Origin: Ostrea edulis
Taxonomy: Eukaryota
DNA: 64,000 nt
Assembly: GCF_947568905.1 (NCBI RefSeq)
Contig: NC_079170.1
Location: 53,754,001-53,818,000, forward strand
Direction: 5' to 3'
The position numbers and the translations under genes are program-made. Under the pieces are notes generated by a model. The model saw only the letters and a list, made by a program, of their open reading frames with translations, was not told the DNA's origin and did no database searches. This document shows, piece after piece, positions 59,601-64,000 of this stretch (position 1 is the stretch's first letter; each line of letters begins with the position of its first letter).

Positions 59601-61480
59601 TATGTTGTATATACACTTACTGATGCTATGTTATATATACACTTACTGATGCTATGTTATATATACACTTACTGATGCTATGTTATATATACACTTACTG
59701 ATGTTATGTTATGTATACACTTACTGATATTATATTATATATACACTTACTGATGTTATATTATGTATACACTTACTGATGCTATGTTATATATACACTT
59801 ACTGATGCTATGTTATATATACACTTACTGATGCTATGTTATGTATACACTTACTGATGCTATGTTATGTATACACTTACTGATGCTATGTTATATATAC
59901 ACTTACTGATGTTATATTATGTATACACTTACTGATGTTATGTTATATATACACTTACTGATGTTATATTATATATACACTTACTGATGTTATGTTATGT
60001 ATACACTTACTGATGCTATGTTATGTATACACTTACTGATGTTATGTTATATATACACTTACTGATGCTATGTTATGTATACACTTACTGATGCTGTGTT
60101 ATATATACACTTACTGATGTTATGTTATGTATACACTTACTGATGTTATGTTATATATACAATTACTGATGCTATGTTATATATACACTTACTGATGCTA
60201 TGTTATGTATACACTTACTGATGTTATATTATATATACACTTACTGATGCTGTGTTATATATACACTTACTGATGTTGTGTTATATATACACTAACTGAT
60301 GTTATATTATGTATACACTTACTGATGCTATGTTATGTATACACTTACTGATGCTATGTTATGTATACACTTACTGATGCTATGTTATATATACACTTAC
60401 TGATGCTATGTTATATATACACTTACTGATGCTATGTTATATATACACGTACTGATGTTATACTATATATACACTTACTGATGCTATGTTATATATACAC
60501 TTACTAATGCTATGTTATATATACACTTACTGATGCTGTGTTATATATACACTTACTGATGCTATGTTATATATACACTTACTGATGTTATGTTATATAT
60601 ACACTTACTGATGCTATGTTATATATACACTTACTGATGCTATGTTATATATACACTTACTGATGCTGTGTTATATATACACTTACTGATGTTATGTTAT
60701 ATATACACTTACTGATGCTGTGTTATATATACACTTACTGATGCTATGTTATATATACACTTACTGATGTTATGTTATATATACACTTACTGATGCTATG
60801 TTATATATACACTTACTGATGTTATGTTATATATACACTTACTGATGCTATGTTATGTATACACTTACTGATGTTATGTTATATATACACTTACTGATGC
60901 TATGTTATATATACACTTACTGATGTTATGTTATATATACACTTACTGATGCTATGTTATGTATACACTTACTGATGTTATGTTATATATACACTTACTG
61001 ATGCTATGTTATATATACACTTACTGATGTTATGTTATATATACACTTACTGATGCTATGTTATATATACACTTACTGATGCTGTGTTATATATACACTT
61101 ACTGATGTTATATTATATATACACTTACTGATGCTATGTTATATATACACTTACTGATGTTATGTTATATATACACTTACTGATGCTATGTTATATATAC
61201 ACTTACTGATGCTATGTTATATATAGACTTACTGATGTTATGTTATATATACACTTACTGATGTTATGTTATATATACACTTACTGATGCTATGTTATAT
61301 ATACACTTACTGATGTTATGTTATATATACACTTACTGATGTTATGTTATATATACACTTACTGATGCTATGTTATATATACACTTACTGATATTATATT
61401 ATGTACACACTTACTGATGCTGTGTTATATATACACTTACTGATGCTATGTTATATATACACTTACTGATGCTATGTTAT
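56700..61480. repeat. About 4.8-kb satellite of 26-bp units (roughly 180 copies)
   Basis: Unit TTACTGATGCTATGTTATATATACAC; period 26 (for example 57381 to 57407). Confidence 0.98.
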
Positions 61481-62389
61481 ACAGTACAGCCAACGCGGAT
61501 CCCTTATTTACCGCGTCACCGCGACGGAAAGTTAATCCTTTCCGCATAACACCGTCGCTGTTTTGCATAGCGGGGCTTCGCGGGACCATGTTTACACCGC
61601 GGCGGAGTTAAGTACCTGTATTTGCACAGTTGATAACAGGTCTGTATCTTGTCCCCAATGACAGTTACTTCCAATGGATAGAATCAATTGAAAAGTACAA
61701 TTTAAATCTTATTCATGTATGTTTGTGAGTTAAAATTTTCGCAGTATTTCAGAACGAATATATACGTGCATTATCCGTATAATCGACATTGTGAAACATA
61801 ATTTACTTCAGAGATTTTGGTTTCGTATTGTCAGTGATGATCACGGGAAAGTTAATCGGTATTTATAAACATCGTTTTAATAGAAATTAATTTGAAACTA
61901 GAGTTTAGAAAATATTAGATAACATGTCGAAGAGACCTATACCTTGACAGTTCTGTCTTTCCTGTCAGATTGGGGCTTACAGTGTAGTTTTCTAGTCAGC
62001 TGAGATTAAACATGTAAATTGCACGTGCATGGACAAGTATCTTTCTTCTGCATACATTTCATTTAATTGAATTTCAAAATAAAAAAAAAATAAAAGAAAT
62101 GATTGCATCGATTTTAGGAAAAATCAGTATTTCATATTACAGTATTTAATGAATGTGTTAATGGTAAAAATAAATCTAAAACCCAATTCTGAAACTTATT
62201 ATAATAGATGTTTCCTTGATGATCATTGCGCGAAAAGTCATGATAAGATCAAATAAAAATACTTCTATTTGTAAAATAATACTTGGGCATTGGAATTCAT
62301 GTATGATCATGTTTTATTCGTTGGAAAGCGAAACCATGGTGAATACATTAAACTGGGACTAAAATTGATGGAACATGTGTCTTTGTTTG

Positions 62390-62399
<10 letters not shown>

Positions 62400-62441
<42 letters not shown>
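62400..62441. repeat. (TA)n microsatellite
   Basis: Perfect run. Confidence 0.97.
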
Positions 62442-62443
<2 letters not shown>

Positions 62444-64000
62444 AGTATTGAAATTTTAAAATAAGATCATTGATCTTAACAAAAACTCGGTCTTCAATAA
62501 ATTATAATACATGTGTACATGTATTTGATGAATTGAGAAAGTCGTTTGTAAAATGAAACGTAAATTTTTAAATTCTACTTGAATCTTCCCGTTTTTGTTT
62601 AGAACATTCATCTTGCATATCGGATTATTTGTTGGAAGATGTACGTTTTAGTGATAAATTTAATGTTAAAATTTTCTTAGTCATCTTCTTATGTTGTAAA
62701 TAGTGTGGATCTATGGTTGCGAAATACTTCCTGTCTAACCGAGGATCCGAGTTTTGAAATACTCGTGCATGGGTTTTACGAGGAAAAGTCCCTTTGAAGC
62801 AGTATGGCTTCTCTGTGAACATCACCCAAAATGTGGTCAGATTAAGGTTGGAGACACCCCCCTTTCATTATCATTGTAAGAATATTGAAAGTTAAGCTTA
62901 ACACAATCTTGTTACATATCCTTTTATTTGTTAGAAATGGCAAATACATACACTGTAGCTTTTTCTTTTATTTATGCAAATACGATAATATTTGATGAAT
63001 TAATGAATTCACTTGCGAAAAAAACCTAAATATTCAATTTACATTCATTACGCATATCATTTCATTCGTTGGAAATTGTACATCTCACTGTTACATGTAA
63101 ATGTATTCTAATAAAATGTTAGATTTTAACTGTGTCTGTGACTGACTTTCCTTGTCTCGCTAATCTGTTGTGCAGTGTGATCTTGAGCTTGCGTAATACT
63201 ACTTCTTGTTTACCTGTGTGTCCGAGTTTTTGGGAGTTGAACTATGTTCAATCTCCCTGGGTCATCACGCACTTTTCTGCGCAGTAATTTGTATTGATTT
63301 GTATAGTGGTCGTCAGTGGGGGTTCTGTGTCAGCTGATTTACTCCTAGGTAAATCAACATAAACTTTTATAAACATCCGCCATTAAATAATCCATGTAAC
63401 TTTTCTGAATTAATCTAATTTTGATAATTGACATGTAAATAAATGCAATGATATTGTATTCAAATCAATTTGAATACAAGATTTCGATCAAATTGATACT
63501 AATAGACATAGAAAAATAAAAGATAAGGTTGAAAATTGTCGTTTGTAGCGCAGCGTCACCTATAAACATTGATAGGGAAACGAACGACAACTGCACACAA
63601 GCCCTATTGACACCGTGGCGCGAAATATCGAATATGGTGCGAAACCTCAGAAAATTTACAAGAAATAACTCTACAACATTGTGTATGTGTATATATTTGG
63701 GATTTTTTTTAATGTGATATAAAAGATGCTTGATGTTACATGTAGATTGAATTAAAACACGTCATTCCCAGTCAACAACTTTCGATTGGGATCGGAATAC
63801 GAAATAAAATTTCTTATATCCGGTGGCAAAGTGAAACTGCTTCATGCTTCAAGTTATTGAATTACGTAGTAATTGCACGTTACACATTAGAGAACTGTTC
63901 CTTTTAATAAAGAAAGTCACAAAATAGATACAAAATGAGTGTACCTTATTCATTACTGTTACCGAGCTTTCGTCGACTATAATCTCGAAATGGCGTGTTT

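Noticed and set aside
16363-61480. Short tandem arrays as possible CRISPR arrays
   Set aside because: Units are contiguous with no unique spacers, there are no cas genes, and the context is a eukaryotic spliced gene.
63950-64000. GACGAAAGCTC on the minus strand resembling a hammerhead 3' half
   Set aside because: No CUGANGA box lies within the window.

Overview
This is AT-rich, repeat-dense animal DNA. The repeat families and gene content point to a bivalve, probably an oyster (inference). Genes: (1) an intronless Cys-loop/nAChR-like subunit (878..2041, +) that lacks the usual acetylcholine-binding residues; (2) a minus-strand DUF4062-like/NACHT/WD40 gene (NWD1/NWD2-like), rebuilt by hand as 29 phase-compatible GT-AG exons between 38791 and 7255 (about 1,766 aa; the 3' WD40 exons are less certain); (3) the probable first exon of a universal-stress-protein-like gene (49680, +). 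Mobile DNA: a damaged Tc1/mariner element, a hAT transposase fossil, about 12 fragments of a Penelope-like RT family, SINEs, Helentron-like elements and several MITEs. There are many mini- and microsatellites, including arrays of about 2.5 kb and 4.8 kb, and one 130-nt N gap. The best leads are two minimal hammerhead-ribozyme motifs in NWD introns (one in the sense orientation), an 8-copy tandem repeat of a 3' splice site, and the orphan Cys-loop receptor. All coordinates were counted by hand; repeat boundaries are approximate.
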